This document shows, one piece after another, positions 46,938-56,836 of a DNA stretch of 64,000 bases. The DNA is taken from the IMG/VR virus record IMGVR_UViG_3300033148_005058, positions 1,187 to 65,186 of that record. One strand, given 5' to 3'. Position 1 is the stretch's first letter, and every line of letters starts with the position of its first letter. This DNA comes from a virus. Taxonomy: Duplodnaviria; Caudoviricetes. Made by a program: the position numbers and the translations under genes. The notes under the pieces are model-generated. The model worked only from the letters and a program-made list of their open reading frames with translations. It did no database searches and was not told the DNA's origin.

Positions 46938-48758
46938 ATGAAACACGATCCGATACCGATTATTATTCCGACATTCAATGCTGTACACCATCTCAAGCGA
47001 TGTATTTCTACTCTGACACAACGCACTCTCAGGGACTACCATGTTTATGTGGCAGATGATTGCTCTCCTCAAACTGCGCTGCAAGAGTATCTGAACGATA
47101 TTTCCGCCCTCGCTAATATCACGGTGTTCAAAGCGCGGACGCGGAAGGGCTACGCAGAGATTAACAACTGGGCAATAGCACAAATACCCCCCTCGGAGTA
47201 CCTCTGCTTGCTGAACTCAGACATCGAACCGCTGGAGGGGTGGCTGACCGCTATGGCAGAGGAGTTAGACACTGACTCGAAGGTAGGGATTGTAGGAGCC
47301 CGCCTACTTTACCCAGATACAAAGGGCGCGCCCCACCAACTAACGATCCAGCACGCGGGGGTGGCTCGAACCGCAGATAATCTACCCTACCATCCTTTCC
47401 GGGGGCAGCCTGTCGATTACGAACCGGCGGCTCGACGACGAGAGATCAACGCAGTTACATTTGCGTGTGCGCTTATTCGACGTAGTTTGTGGGATCAGCA
47501 GGGTGGACTCGACGAGGGCTACGCCGGCGGTAACTTCGAGGACGTGGACTTTTGCTGGCGTGCTAGAGATGCGGGCTGGAAGGTCATTTATCAGCCCAAG
47601 GCTACCTTGTACCACTACGAACACGGTTCTGGGACTGAATGGGTTGAGAAGCATTCTTACACAAACAGCATCCGGCTACGCAAAACGTTTGCCGGTTTGG
47701 GGAGCGATGAACACTTGTTCAATCTGTCGCCGACGATGTCAGATGGGAGCCCTGTACCAGGTGTCGAAATAGAAGAAGAAGAAGAAGAGGAAAAGATAGA
47801 AGTAGAAGAGCCCGCGCAACCTCCGGAAGACGCATTAGACTCCCCTGTGCAGCCTACGACAGCGTCTCTAAAGTTTGCTCTCTCTGTAATCATTCCTGTA
47901 TATAACCGTCGAGAGCATCTTTATCTGTGCCTGTGCGCTTTGGAGCGGTGCCTGGATCACTACAAGAAGCCCTTAGAGGTCATTGTAGTAGATGACGGTT
48001 CCACTGACGATCCACTAGGTGTGATGCTGGAGTTCCAAGATCGCTTTGATTTGCAATATAGGTGGCAACCACATCATGGTTATAGAGCATCCTTGGCGTA
48101 TAATCGAGGGTGCGCTATAGCGCGTGGAGAGGCTTTCTTGCTTTTGGGTTCTGATATTTTACTAGAAGCCCCTTCGCTGGTACACCTGATGAATCTGCAC
48201 GCGGCTAACCCTGATGCGCTTATTGCAGGACAGTACGACTGGCTGCATCCTATGCAAATCCACCCGTATGACGTTTATTCTAATTGGGAGGCAATTGTAG
48301 AGGAAACTTTGCCCCCTACCCCTTTTGGACGAAGACTCAAAGGGATTATTGGGACAGATCCACGATTTTTAGAGCGCCCAGAACTGTTCGAGGGCGCTCC
48401 GCAAGCGCAATATGCAGCTCAACTATTTGCTGATGTTTTGATGTTTCCCAAACACGTCTACAATGCTCTTGGAGGCTTCGATGAGACGATGGTTACACAC
48501 GGGGGGCAGGACTGCGAATTGAGTATCAGGTGTCAACAGGCAGGCTACCCAGCGATTTTTACAAAGCTAGTACACGGCTACCATATCTATCATGACAGGG
48601 ATCAAAAAGCGCACCGCAAAACGCTAGCGGAGAATGTTTTGTATATAATGACCAAGCACGACCTTGCTGCGGTAGGACTTCAAGTGCAGGGTACAGGCGA
48701 GGATATTTTTATTGCACCTAGTTATAGAGGAGGACCAGAGAAACATGCCAAAGCATAA
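46938..48758 (+). CDS. Double-domain GT2 glycosyltransferase
   Basis: IIIPTFN/ADDCS/LNSD/FEDVDFC, then VIIPVYN/VDDGS/GGFDE; poly-Glu linker. Confidence 0.9.
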   Translation: MKHDPIPIIIPTFNAVHHLKRCISTLTQRTLRDYHVYVADDCSPQTALQEYLNDISALANITVFKARTRKGYAEINNWAIAQIPPSEYLCLLNSDIEPLEGWLTAMAEELDTDSKVGIVGARLLYPDTKGAPHQLTIQHAGVARTADNLPYHPFRGQPVDYEPAARRREINAVTFACALIRRSLWDQQGGLDEGYAGGNFEDVDFCWRARDAGWKVIYQPKATLYHYEHGSGTEWVEKHSYTNSIRLRKTFAGLGSDEHLFNLSPTMSDGSPVPGVEIEEEEEEEKIEVEEPAQPPEDALDSPVQPTTASLKFALSVIIPVYNRREHLYLCLCALERCLDHYKKPLEVIVVDDGSTDDPLGVMLEFQDRFDLQYRWQPHHGYRASLAYNRGCAIARGEAFLLLGSDILLEAPSLVHLMNLHAANPDALIAGQYDWLHPMQIHPYDVYSNWEAIVEETLPPTPFGRRLKGIIGTDPRFLERPELFEGAPQAQYAAQLFADVLMFPKHVYNALGGFDETMVTHGGQDCELSIRCQQAGYPAIFTKLVHGYHIYHDRDQKAHRKTLAENVLYIMTKHDLAAVGLQVQGTGEDIFIAPSYRGGPEKHAKA

Positions 48759-49506
48759 GCACATTAGTGTAGTGATGGCGGTGCATAATCGCATAGAACA
48801 TGTCCACAACGCGTTGCAGGCATGGTCGCAGCAGACCCGCAGGGACTTTACGTTAGTGGTTGCAGACGATGCGAGTACGGAACCCATTAGGGAACTAGCA
48901 CTTCAATATAGTCGCAGTTTCCATGTCAGACATGTGTACTCAGGCGGCGTTTTGCCTCTCGGAGTCGCTGCTAACCTAAACGTGGGTACTAAATCGGTTC
49001 CAAAGGCCACTACCCACATTTGGTATACCGATGGAGATATTCTCTTTGCGCCAGACGCTATTGAGAATGCCTACAAACACATTAAGCGGTATTCCAAACG
49101 GGTCCTTGCTGGCCGCTATGATTGGATACCCGCCTCTGGAGATCGCTCTAATGCTAGTCCTGACCACCGTTTGGGGGTGCATGGCAAGACGTGGTTCAAT
49201 GGGAGGCTTCTAAAGTCTTGCAGGGCCGTTTTGGGGGCTAATATCATTATTCCCATACAGGCTTGGCATGATATTGGCGGGTGGGATGAGCATATTCCGG
49301 GAGCTAATGCCGATGATTGCGATTTCGGATGGAGCCTGACGGATGCAGGATACCACCTGCTGACCTGCAATGATATTACCGGATTCCATCAATGGCACCC
49401 CCGAAATGAGATAGAATTAGCCCGCTACAAAGAATCCATGCCCTACATTTTCCGTAAGCATGGGCAAGCTGTTCCGGCACAATATAGGAAATATGACCAT
49501 GCCTAG
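48745..49506 (+). CDS. GT2 glycosyltransferase
   Basis: VVMAVHNR, ADDAS, TDGD, GGWDE, HQWH. Confidence 0.88.
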   Translation: MPKHKHISVVMAVHNRIEHVHNALQAWSQQTRRDFTLVVADDASTEPIRELALQYSRSFHVRHVYSGGVLPLGVAANLNVGTKSVPKATTHIWYTDGDILFAPDAIENAYKHIKRYSKRVLAGRYDWIPASGDRSNASPDHRLGVHGKTWFNGRLLKSCRAVLGANIIIPIQAWHDIGGWDEHIPGANADDCDFGWSLTDAGYHLLTCNDITGFHQWHPRNEIELARYKESMPYIFRKHGQAVPAQYRKYDHA

Positions 49507-50506
49507 AGTGCTCTACGATGGAACTGAGGTAGAAGCCTCTGAGCCCCGCCTGTGGCCCATTGAGTGGATCAACTTCAGGTGCCATCCCTGTACTGATTGG
49601 GAAGGTGTTTATAAATACCTGGATGGGCGTCTGGAAGAGAAGCCTATTCTTCTCTGCAAGCACTGTCTGGTTGTTTTAGATGGGTGGCATAGATTAGCCA
49701 GTTGGTGGCGAGAAGGCCGCCGGTACGTTCCGGTTCAATTAACTGACACCCACCTGGGAGGCTCTCACGATGAGTGTCACATCAATGAGGTGCCTTGGAT
49801 GTCTACGTTACAACCTTGGGCAAGTCTCGACTGTGTATCAGGAAGTTATTTGGAAGACGATTTTCAACATCCTCTCTTTGCGGCGGAGGCAGCAACGATT
49901 AGAGGGTTAGGTCCTCCCAGGCTACCCCCTTTGCGCTTGTGGGAGCATGTTAGGGCAACCCTGTTTCTTGGAGTGCTTCAAGGACGACAGGTACTAGATG
50001 TAGGCACCCGTGAGAGTCTATTGCCCGGCTACTTAGCTAGTAAGGGTGCTTCTGTAACAGCAATTGACCTAGATACGCAGCAGATCAGGGAGGCCCCAGG
50101 AGTAGTTGTTCAACAAGCCGATGCTACAAAACTACCCTTTGAAGATAACAGCTTCGACATTGTTATCAGCACAGCCTGCATTAAGCATATCCCAGAAGAC
50201 ACATTAGCAGTCTCTGAAATGCTACGGGTACTGAAGCCTCATCGTTTGCTAGCGCTGACGTTTGATTTCGGGCAGAAGTATGAAGAGCTTCCAAGCCTTT
50301 CTACGGGGAGGCGTGTTTACGACAAGGAGGCTATTTATCGCCAGCTAATTGACCCATTCCAGGGGCAGGCAGCCCTTTGCAGGCCAGCTAACTTTGATCG
50401 CAGTAATTGGGATGATTGGCCTATTAAAGTACAGTCACCTGCTACTTTTGCACGAGGAGTAAATATCCAAACCGCCTTTGTTTTATTACGAAAGGATCAG
50501 CAGTGA
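49493..50506 (+). CDS. ParB-like N-terminal domain fused to a class I SAM methyltransferase
   Basis: VLDGWHRL; VLDVG, DATKLPFEDNSFD, EMLRVLKP. Confidence 0.8.
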   Translation: MTMPRVLYDGTEVEASEPRLWPIEWINFRCHPCTDWEGVYKYLDGRLEEKPILLCKHCLVVLDGWHRLASWWREGRRYVPVQLTDTHLGGSHDECHINEVPWMSTLQPWASLDCVSGSYLEDDFQHPLFAAEAATIRGLGPPRLPPLRLWEHVRATLFLGVLQGRQVLDVGTRESLLPGYLASKGASVTAIDLDTQQIREAPGVVVQQADATKLPFEDNSFDIVISTACIKHIPEDTLAVSEMLRVLKPHRLLALTFDFGQKYEELPSLSTGRRVYDKEAIYRQLIDPFQGQAALCRPANFDRSNWDDWPIKVQSPATFARGVNIQTAFVLLRKDQQ

Positions 50507-51546
50507 AAATAGCCTTTGTTTACAATGCAGGGCGTCCTTCTGCCTTCAAGGGGAAGACATATGAAATGGCAGATAGTGGAGGCTCTGAGGGTTCTGCGGT
50601 AAACTACGCATTTGCCTTGGTCTCTTTAGGGCATGAAGTGCATATGTACACCCCTGGAACTTCTCCAGTGACTTACAGGGGGGTAGAGTGGAGAGATATC
50701 CAGACTCGCGCGCGCTTTGAGGAAAAGTATGATGCAGCCATTGCTATACGCTTTCCTCTTGCCCTTCGGGGCATGGCTGCTAAAGTCAAGGCACTATACT
50801 GTTGCGATCCAGCAGTGTCTATACTCCCTGCCTATATAGACTCCGGCGATGTCCACTTAGTCATTACTATCAGTGAGCATCAGACACAGCGATTCCGAAA
50901 GTTATATGCAATTTCAGAGGAGATGTTTCTGATAAGCAATGCAGGAGTAGTATGGGCAGATTACGACCGCTCCAATGTCGTTAAGAGACGAGGGAGATGT
51001 ATTTATTGTAGTGTCCCTCAGCGAGGGTTACGGGCATTAGAAGGTATCTGGCCACTAATCCGTCAACAAGTCCCTTGGGCTACATTGCACGTTACAGGTG
51101 ATATGGAGCTGTGGGGAATCCAAAACGACCCTCGGATCGAAGATCTCTGTAGACGAATGGAGGAGCTTGCCGGGGTAACAATGCTGGGGTTACTTTCTAG
51201 GGAGGAACTGATCCAAGAGCAGCTACAGAGTCAGGTTATGCTACTCCCAGGGAATCCAATATCGCCTGAGATGTGCTGCATGGCTGCTATGGAATGTGCT
51301 GCTGCGCGCAACGCGCTTCTTGTGACAGATTTGTATGCGCTACCTGAGAGAGTAATAGGAGGTCATACAGGATATATCGTCCCAAGGGGAGCTAACTGGC
51401 ATCGAAGGTACGCTGCGACAGCGGTGCAGCTTCTGATGAGCCTGGACTTATCTGTGATGCAGTATTGGGCACGCGCTGTAGAGCGAGAGCACGATTATGG
51501 GGTGCTGGCCCAACAATGGGTAAGACGATTGGAGGAACTATTGTGA
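50503..51546 (+). CDS. GT4 (GT-B) glycosyltransferase
   Basis: GGSEG, YCSVPQRGL, EMCCMAAME, ALPE. Confidence 0.85.
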   Translation: MKIAFVYNAGRPSAFKGKTYEMADSGGSEGSAVNYAFALVSLGHEVHMYTPGTSPVTYRGVEWRDIQTRARFEEKYDAAIAIRFPLALRGMAAKVKALYCCDPAVSILPAYIDSGDVHLVITISEHQTQRFRKLYAISEEMFLISNAGVVWADYDRSNVVKRRGRCIYCSVPQRGLRALEGIWPLIRQQVPWATLHVTGDMELWGIQNDPRIEDLCRRMEELAGVTMLGLLSREELIQEQLQSQVMLLPGNPISPEMCCMAAMECAAARNALLVTDLYALPERVIGGHTGYIVPRGANWHRRYAATAVQLLMSLDLSVMQYWARAVEREHDYGVLAQQWVRRLEELL

Positions 51547-52109
51547 CACTTCCGCAGGTATATCCACAGGCGAAACTGGCGTATCGAGAGAACATCGCTT
51601 TCGGACAAAACGTTATTATTGATGACTTTGTGTTCATCGTCAGTCGAAGATTGACTCGCCTGGGAGACTTTGTTCACATCGCATCCTTTGCCTCCATCAC
51701 CGGAGGGGGAGAGTGTAATATAGGAGCCTACTCCACGCTTTCTAGCGGGGCAAGGATATTTACCGGCACAGAGGATATTTCGGGCGACAGCCTTCTTGGA
51801 GCAGCTATTCCGGAGCCGTTTCGCGTTGCTATTCGCTCGCGGGTAGAGATCGGGAAGCATTGTATGGTGGGGGCTAACTCAGTTATCCTTCCAGGAGTAG
51901 TTATCCCTGATGGTACCGTAGTTGGTGCAATGTCTCTTGTATTGCAGAACACCACGCTGGAACCCTGGAGTATCTATGCAGGGTGCCCAGTAAGGAAACT
52001 GCGAAAGCGGCCCAAGGAACGCATACTAGAGTTGGAAGCTGCCTTTGTCCGAGAGCAGCACCGGAAGAGAATGTGGGAAACATCTACTCCGAGGCCGGAG
52101 AAATCATGA
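51543..52109 (+). CDS. Hexapeptide-repeat sugar N/O-acetyltransferase (VioB-like)
   Basis: IIDDFVFI..LGDFVHIA, VGANSVILPGV, IYAGCP. Confidence 0.85.
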   Translation: MTLPQVYPQAKLAYRENIAFGQNVIIDDFVFIVSRRLTRLGDFVHIASFASITGGGECNIGAYSTLSSGARIFTGTEDISGDSLLGAAIPEPFRVAIRSRVEIGKHCMVGANSVILPGVVIPDGTVVGAMSLVLQNTTLEPWSIYAGCPVRKLRKRPKERILELEAAFVREQHRKRMWETSTPRPEKS

Positions 52110-53302
52110 AGAAACTGGCAATCTTCGGAGGGCCACCAGCGTTTAAAGAGCCAAAGCACGTGGGGCGTCCTAACATGGCTGACTCAAAGAAGATACTTCA
52201 TCGCTTTAAGGAAGTTCTCGATAGTCACTGGCTTACCAACAATGGAAGACAAGTACAGCAATTGGAGGCTCGGATTTGCGCTGCGTTGGATATACCTTGG
52301 TGCGTAGCTGTAGCCAATGGGACATTAGGTTTAGAGATAGCGGCGGGAGCTTTGATGCCTGTCCTTGGAGAGGTTATTATGCCCTCGTTCACCTTCATAG
52401 CGACGCCTAATGCACTTGCTTGGCGTGGATACACACCTATTTTTGCAGATATTGATCCTGATACGCATGTTTTGGATCCCAAGGATGTAGAACGCAAGAT
52501 CACGGACCACACAGTTGGCATACTTGGGGTGCATCTTTGGGGCACCCCCTGTGCCCCTGGACAACTTGCAACAATAGCTGCAAAATACAGATTAGCTTTA
52601 TTCTTTGATGCAGCACACGCTTTTCGTTGTGGCCCTCCATGGGAGCGTATTGGCCATTATGGAAATTGTGAGGTATTCTCCTTCCATGCTACCAAGTTTT
52701 TCAATTCTATTGAAGGTGGCGCTCTAGTAACGTCTAGTACAGCTTTAGCGGCGCGTTTTAGAAGAATGCGGAACTTTGGCTTTTTGGGCGATGGAACACA
52801 TACAACTTCTGAACTGGGTATCAATGCTAAAATGAGTGAGTTTCACGCTGCCGTTGGTTTGTTAAACATTGAAGAGATGCCAAGAATTATTACACATAAT
52901 ATCCAGAATTATGAACTTTATAGAGAAGGGCTTGACAGCCCTCTTATTTGGTGGTATCCTATACGTAACGATAGCAATTTCCAGTATGTTGTTATGAAAG
53001 TGCTTGGGGACGATCTTTCAGCGGATATGCTTGTAAAGGTGCTTCAAGCGGAGAATATCCTCGCTCGAAGGTACTTTTCACCCCCTTGTCACAAAATGGA
53101 TCCATATAATAAGCGTCTGTGGGATCTTCCAGTAACGGAGGAGGTTGCTTATAGAACGGTTGTTTTGCCCACTGGTTTGGCTATGAGTCAAGAGGACGTT
53201 AGTAAAGTTTGCGATGTGATTAGATATTGTTTTGCTCATATCGAGGAGGTAAATAAGGCAGATGGAAAAGAAAAAGTATCCTTGCCCTGGAAGCGGGATT
53301 AG
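52106..53302 (+). CDS. DegT/DnrJ/EryC1/StrS PLP sugar aminotransferase (DesI/VioA-like C4-aminotransferase)
   Basis: LAIFGGPPAF..VGRPN, GVHLWG, FDAAHA and the PLP lysine motif SFHATK. Confidence 0.92.
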   Translation: MKKLAIFGGPPAFKEPKHVGRPNMADSKKILHRFKEVLDSHWLTNNGRQVQQLEARICAALDIPWCVAVANGTLGLEIAAGALMPVLGEVIMPSFTFIATPNALAWRGYTPIFADIDPDTHVLDPKDVERKITDHTVGILGVHLWGTPCAPGQLATIAAKYRLALFFDAAHAFRCGPPWERIGHYGNCEVFSFHATKFFNSIEGGALVTSSTALAARFRRMRNFGFLGDGTHTTSELGINAKMSEFHAAVGLLNIEEMPRIITHNIQNYELYREGLDSPLIWWYPIRNDSNFQYVVMKVLGDDLSADMLVKVLQAENILARRYFSPPCHKMDPYNKRLWDLPVTEEVAYRTVVLPTGLAMSQEDVSKVCDVIRYCFAHIEEVNKADGKEKVSLPWKRD

Positions 53303-53389
53303 AAGTGGCGGTGCAGGTCGAAAAGCGGGACGCGGTAAGGGCAAAGGTCCTCGCGGCGTACCAATCGGGAAGAAATAGGAGGAAATGTT

Positions 53390-54211
53390 ATGGAGAGCTC
53401 TTTCAGTATGGAGGGATCTCTAGCTACTAGGATAGCTAGGGCAGTGCAGATTCTGGGGCCTAGATTCTTGTGGAAGGTTCGTAACCTACCCAACATGTGT
53501 CGTGGGTGGCGCGTTGTAATCACCCGGGTGTTCAACCTCTCAGGCATTATTGGGCGGCTGTACATCCGTGTGCAAAAGGCAAATGGAGACCTTATTGACT
53601 ACGGCCTTGTAAGTCTTCGCGTTGTGACCACCGCGTTCGTCGATCTCATGGTGGATCAGCTCATTGCAGAATCATCCGTCTGGGGAGATTTCAAGTATCA
53701 CGACTCTGGTATTGGCACAACTAGTGCTGCCATTGGTGATACTGATATAGAAACTACCGATGGTGAGGCTAGAGCTGTGGGTACCCAAGTGGAGAATGCT
53801 CATAATATCTATGAGAGCGTTGGAACTATTGCGTATACTTCTACTAAAGCAATCACTGAGCACGGTCTGTTCAATGCCTCTACTGGGGTTACACTACTGG
53901 ACCGCCACACGTTTAGTGCGGTCAATGTGGAAAATGGTGACAGCATTAAACTTGGTGCCCTCGCAGCGTAATCTGCGATGGAAAACCCTCTCTGATCAAA
54001 TCGAACCCTGAGAAGGCAACGAACTGGAAGCGAAAGCACCAGAAGAGACTGAGCGAGAGGGGAGCCGACCGGGAAACCGAGGCTCGTGCAACAGTCCGAA
54101 CTTTGGGGAAAAGGAACCCAAAGAGATAAGCAGAAATGGCTTATCCAGCGCAAAGCGCTAGTAACAAATTGCGAGTTCACCTATAGACTAACTTGTACGC
54201 CAGGAGGCTGA
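53390..54211 (+). CDS. Virion structural protein, two exons (53390-53946 and 54172-54211)
   Basis: AITEHGLFNA motif; splicing restores the expected C-terminus ..NVENGDSIEFTYRLTCTPGG*. Confidence 0.8.
53947..54171 (+). ncRNA. Group I self-splicing intron, 225 nt, no ORF
   Basis: Exon ends in U paired U.G in P1 (GCAU/GUGC); P10 CGAGUU/AACUUG; P3 CCCUCUC/GAGAGGG; P7 GACUG/CAGUC; P8 and P9 hairpins; terminal G. Confidence 0.88.
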
Positions 54212-54214
54212 GAG

Positions 54215-54703
54215 ATGAAAATTGTCAAAGTAAGAATTCGGCGGGGTGGCGTAGGAGAGGATATGATGGTCTATCCCGCTCCTTACAATGCCCAAGAAGT
54301 AGACCGTTCTGGAGTAGGCCCCTGTGGAATCAATGGGACAGGGGCGTATTCTGGTGGTATTGGTAGAGGACAGGATCACGAGTTTTGTCTGATCCTTCTG
54401 GATGATGAGGTGGCTGATCGCTATCTTGAGAGTCCGGACATGGAAGAGGTATCTGCTGCTGTAGCTGATTCCCTGATGGAGGAGTGGCGTCTCGATAACG
54501 ATGAGTCAGAGGAGGTTGTAACAGATCCGGCAAGGCTTCAAGCTATTGTGGCGAAACAGGGGGCTGGAATAGCTCTCTCGCAAGAAGACCTAGATGCCTT
54601 AGACCCAGAGAAACCTACCAGAGGGATCAATAAGCGCTTGCAGCCGATGAGTGTACTTGTTGCTAAAACGGGTAAGACACTCAGTCCTGTGGGAGTAAAG
54701 TAA
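54215..54703 (+). CDS. Hypothetical protein
   Basis: 162 aa, GGAGG RBS within exon 2 of the upstream gene. Confidence 0.6.
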   Translation: MKIVKVRIRRGGVGEDMMVYPAPYNAQEVDRSGVGPCGINGTGAYSGGIGRGQDHEFCLILLDDEVADRYLESPDMEEVSAAVADSLMEEWRLDNDESEEVVTDPARLQAIVAKQGAGIALSQEDLDALDPEKPTRGINKRLQPMSVLVAKTGKTLSPVGVK

Positions 54704-54707
54704 ATTA

Positions 54708-55292
54708 GTGGCCCAGGTTTGTATCTCCGTAGCAACAAAGGGACATATGCACGCGGCCACCGTTGAGTGGTTGCTGCGTGCATTCGTCCAACTTGCTCCC
54801 GATGTGATCGTGCATATTGTAAGGGATCCTAATCCTCTACAACACGCCCGCTGTGAGCAGGTAAGGCGTTTTTTGGCCACAGGTTGCTCTCACATCTTTT
54901 TACTAGATTCCGATTGTGTACCACAAGATAGGACTATTCAGAAACTACTAGCGCATCAGCAGTTGATTGTAGCAGCCCCCCATCCTACGATAAAGGGTAA
55001 CGAGATGGGCTTAATGGTGCTAGATCGCGATGATAAAGGTGCCTATGTACAACATCGACCGCTAATGGGAATGCAGGGGCCTAATGTTGTAGTCGGTTGC
55101 GCAGGAATGTTGATCCATAGAGCTGTGTTCGATATTATCCACGATCCCTGGTTTAGATGTCTGTACGATGAACTTGGATTCATAGTTTGCACTGAGGATT
55201 TTGATTTTTGCAACCGAGCTCACGCTGCAGGCATAGATGTTTGGGCTGATTGTGACCTAGTACAGCAACATTGGGTTGAGGTGCCTATTTAA
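54708..55292 (+). CDS. GT-A fold glycosyltransferase
   Basis: IFLLDSD, GCAGMLIHRAVF, TEDFDFC. Confidence 0.8.
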   Translation: MAQVCISVATKGHMHAATVEWLLRAFVQLAPDVIVHIVRDPNPLQHARCEQVRRFLATGCSHIFLLDSDCVPQDRTIQKLLAHQQLIVAAPHPTIKGNEMGLMVLDRDDKGAYVQHRPLMGMQGPNVVVGCAGMLIHRAVFDIIHDPWFRCLYDELGFIVCTEDFDFCNRAHAAGIDVWADCDLVQQHWVEVPI

Positions 55293-55294
55293 CT

Positions 55295-56380
55295 ATGGCA
55301 CACAATGTTATTAGTGTAGATTACCAGTTAGATAAGCACTATAAACATATAGGCTTTTCAGCCTCCATCAGTAGTAGCTATGCCAGTCCAGGAGCCTATC
55401 CTGTGGGTATCTCCTGGGACGGTACAAACGTTATTAGCACAGACATTGATTCACTTAAACATTACAAACATGAGGGCTTTTCAGCTTCGGTCAATAGTAG
55501 CTATGCCTACCCAGGTCTTCAGTCACAAGGGATCTCCTGGGATGGCACAAATGTTATTAGTGCAGCTTATACTTCAAACAAGCACTATAAGCATGTAGGC
55601 TTTTCGGCTTCTGTCAATAGCAGCTATACCAGTCCCAGTCTCCAACCGAGAGGCATCACCTGGGATGGCGCAAACGTTATTTGTACAGATGACTACGAAG
55701 ATAGGCATTACAAGCACAACGGCTTTTCGAGTTCTATTAGCTCTAGCTATGCCAGCCCGTGGAATAGATCTCTGGGTATTACCTGGGATAACACAAACGT
55801 CCTCAGTGCAGACGATGGCGCCGATAAACATTATAAACATATTGGCTTTTCAGCTTCTATGGATAGTAGTTATGCAACGGGCACCGCCAAACCTTCAGAT
55901 CTCTCCTGGGATGGAAGATATGGTCCAATCTCCCAGGCAGTGGCAGGCGCGCTTACATTTGCCGGGAAATTACACAAAAAATTATCGCCAACTCTTACTG
56001 GAGCTCTTACATTTGCTAGTTCTCTAACTAAGCAGGTTAAGCGCGTTCTTGTGGGTCAAGCGATTCCCTACTGTATATTACGATTTCGAGATATTGCTCT
56101 TGTAAACTTTAGGGGGGCAGTGGCTCCTGCAGGGTCCCTATCAAAACGAACTAAATTTCACAAAACACTCACAGGTAATTTAGTGCCGATGAGTACACTT
56201 ATACTTCCTAAGATGGCTTTTACCAGTTTTATTAGTAACTTGACTACAGCAGGAACTTTGCAGAAGAAGTATCAGACAGTCCTTGCAGGTGCTTTAGCTC
56301 CAAGTGGTGTTTTGCTTCACTCAGGACAGGTACCTGTTTATAGGCATCCAACGATGCGACAGCGAATACGCAGAGGGTAG
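55295..56380 (+). CDS. Virion protein with five 41-aa repeats (beta-propeller) and GALT repeats
   Basis: Five NVIS..KHYKHxGFSAS..SY..P..GIxWDG units at 123-bp period; paralogous to the N-terminus of 7965..11060. Confidence 0.7.
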   Translation: MAHNVISVDYQLDKHYKHIGFSASISSSYASPGAYPVGISWDGTNVISTDIDSLKHYKHEGFSASVNSSYAYPGLQSQGISWDGTNVISAAYTSNKHYKHVGFSASVNSSYTSPSLQPRGITWDGANVICTDDYEDRHYKHNGFSSSISSSYASPWNRSLGITWDNTNVLSADDGADKHYKHIGFSASMDSSYATGTAKPSDLSWDGRYGPISQAVAGALTFAGKLHKKLSPTLTGALTFASSLTKQVKRVLVGQAIPYCILRFRDIALVNFRGAVAPAGSLSKRTKFHKTLTGNLVPMSTLILPKMAFTSFISNLTTAGTLQKKYQTVLAGALAPSGVLLHSGQVPVYRHPTMRQRIRRG

Positions 56381-56389
56381 GAGGATATA

Positions 56390-56830
56390 ATGACAGTAAC
56401 GCCGACCAGACAAGAGGCTGGCTTAGTGCAGCTTATAGATAATAATGACCATGATGTCTTGGGTGAGGTACAGGATACTCCCACGACCAATACGGTACTT
56501 GCCCGATTAAAGGCTATTGTAGACGGTCTATCTTCGGTAGTTATATCCGATGTTACACCCCCAAGCACAGGGGGTTCGGGTAAGGCAACGTTGGCTGTTT
56601 TGAATGTCAAACAGGCACTTGCTGCCGTGAGCACTCCCATGAAGTCTGGGGTAACCATAATGGCTCCTGCTACTAACGCTGGAGACGTTGCTGTATTTAG
56701 AAATGCAGCAGATACCGAGGGTTACTTACTGGCTGCTGGTGGAGCTCCTTTGTTCTACGAGCAGGACGATCTAGCCAACATTCTTGTGTCAGGGGCTAAA
56801 AACGACGTAGTCCATTTCATTTGGAGTTAG
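56390..56830 (+). CDS. Hypothetical virion protein
   Basis: 146 aa, jelly-roll-like C-terminus; precedes the portal gene. Confidence 0.5.
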   Translation: MTVTPTRQEAGLVQLIDNNDHDVLGEVQDTPTTNTVLARLKAIVDGLSSVVISDVTPPSTGGSGKATLAVLNVKQALAAVSTPMKSGVTIMAPATNAGDVAVFRNAADTEGYLLAAGGAPLFYEQDDLANILVSGAKNDVVHFIWS

Positions 56831-56836
56831 CAATTC

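Noticed and set aside
47770-47810. GAA microsatellite as a phase-variation tract
   Set aside because: Triplet repeat encoding a poly-Glu linker; length changes keep the frame.
55295-55920. Diversity-generating retroelement TR/VR pair
   Set aside because: No reverse transcriptase in the window; repeats are in-frame coding units and differences are not adenine-specific.
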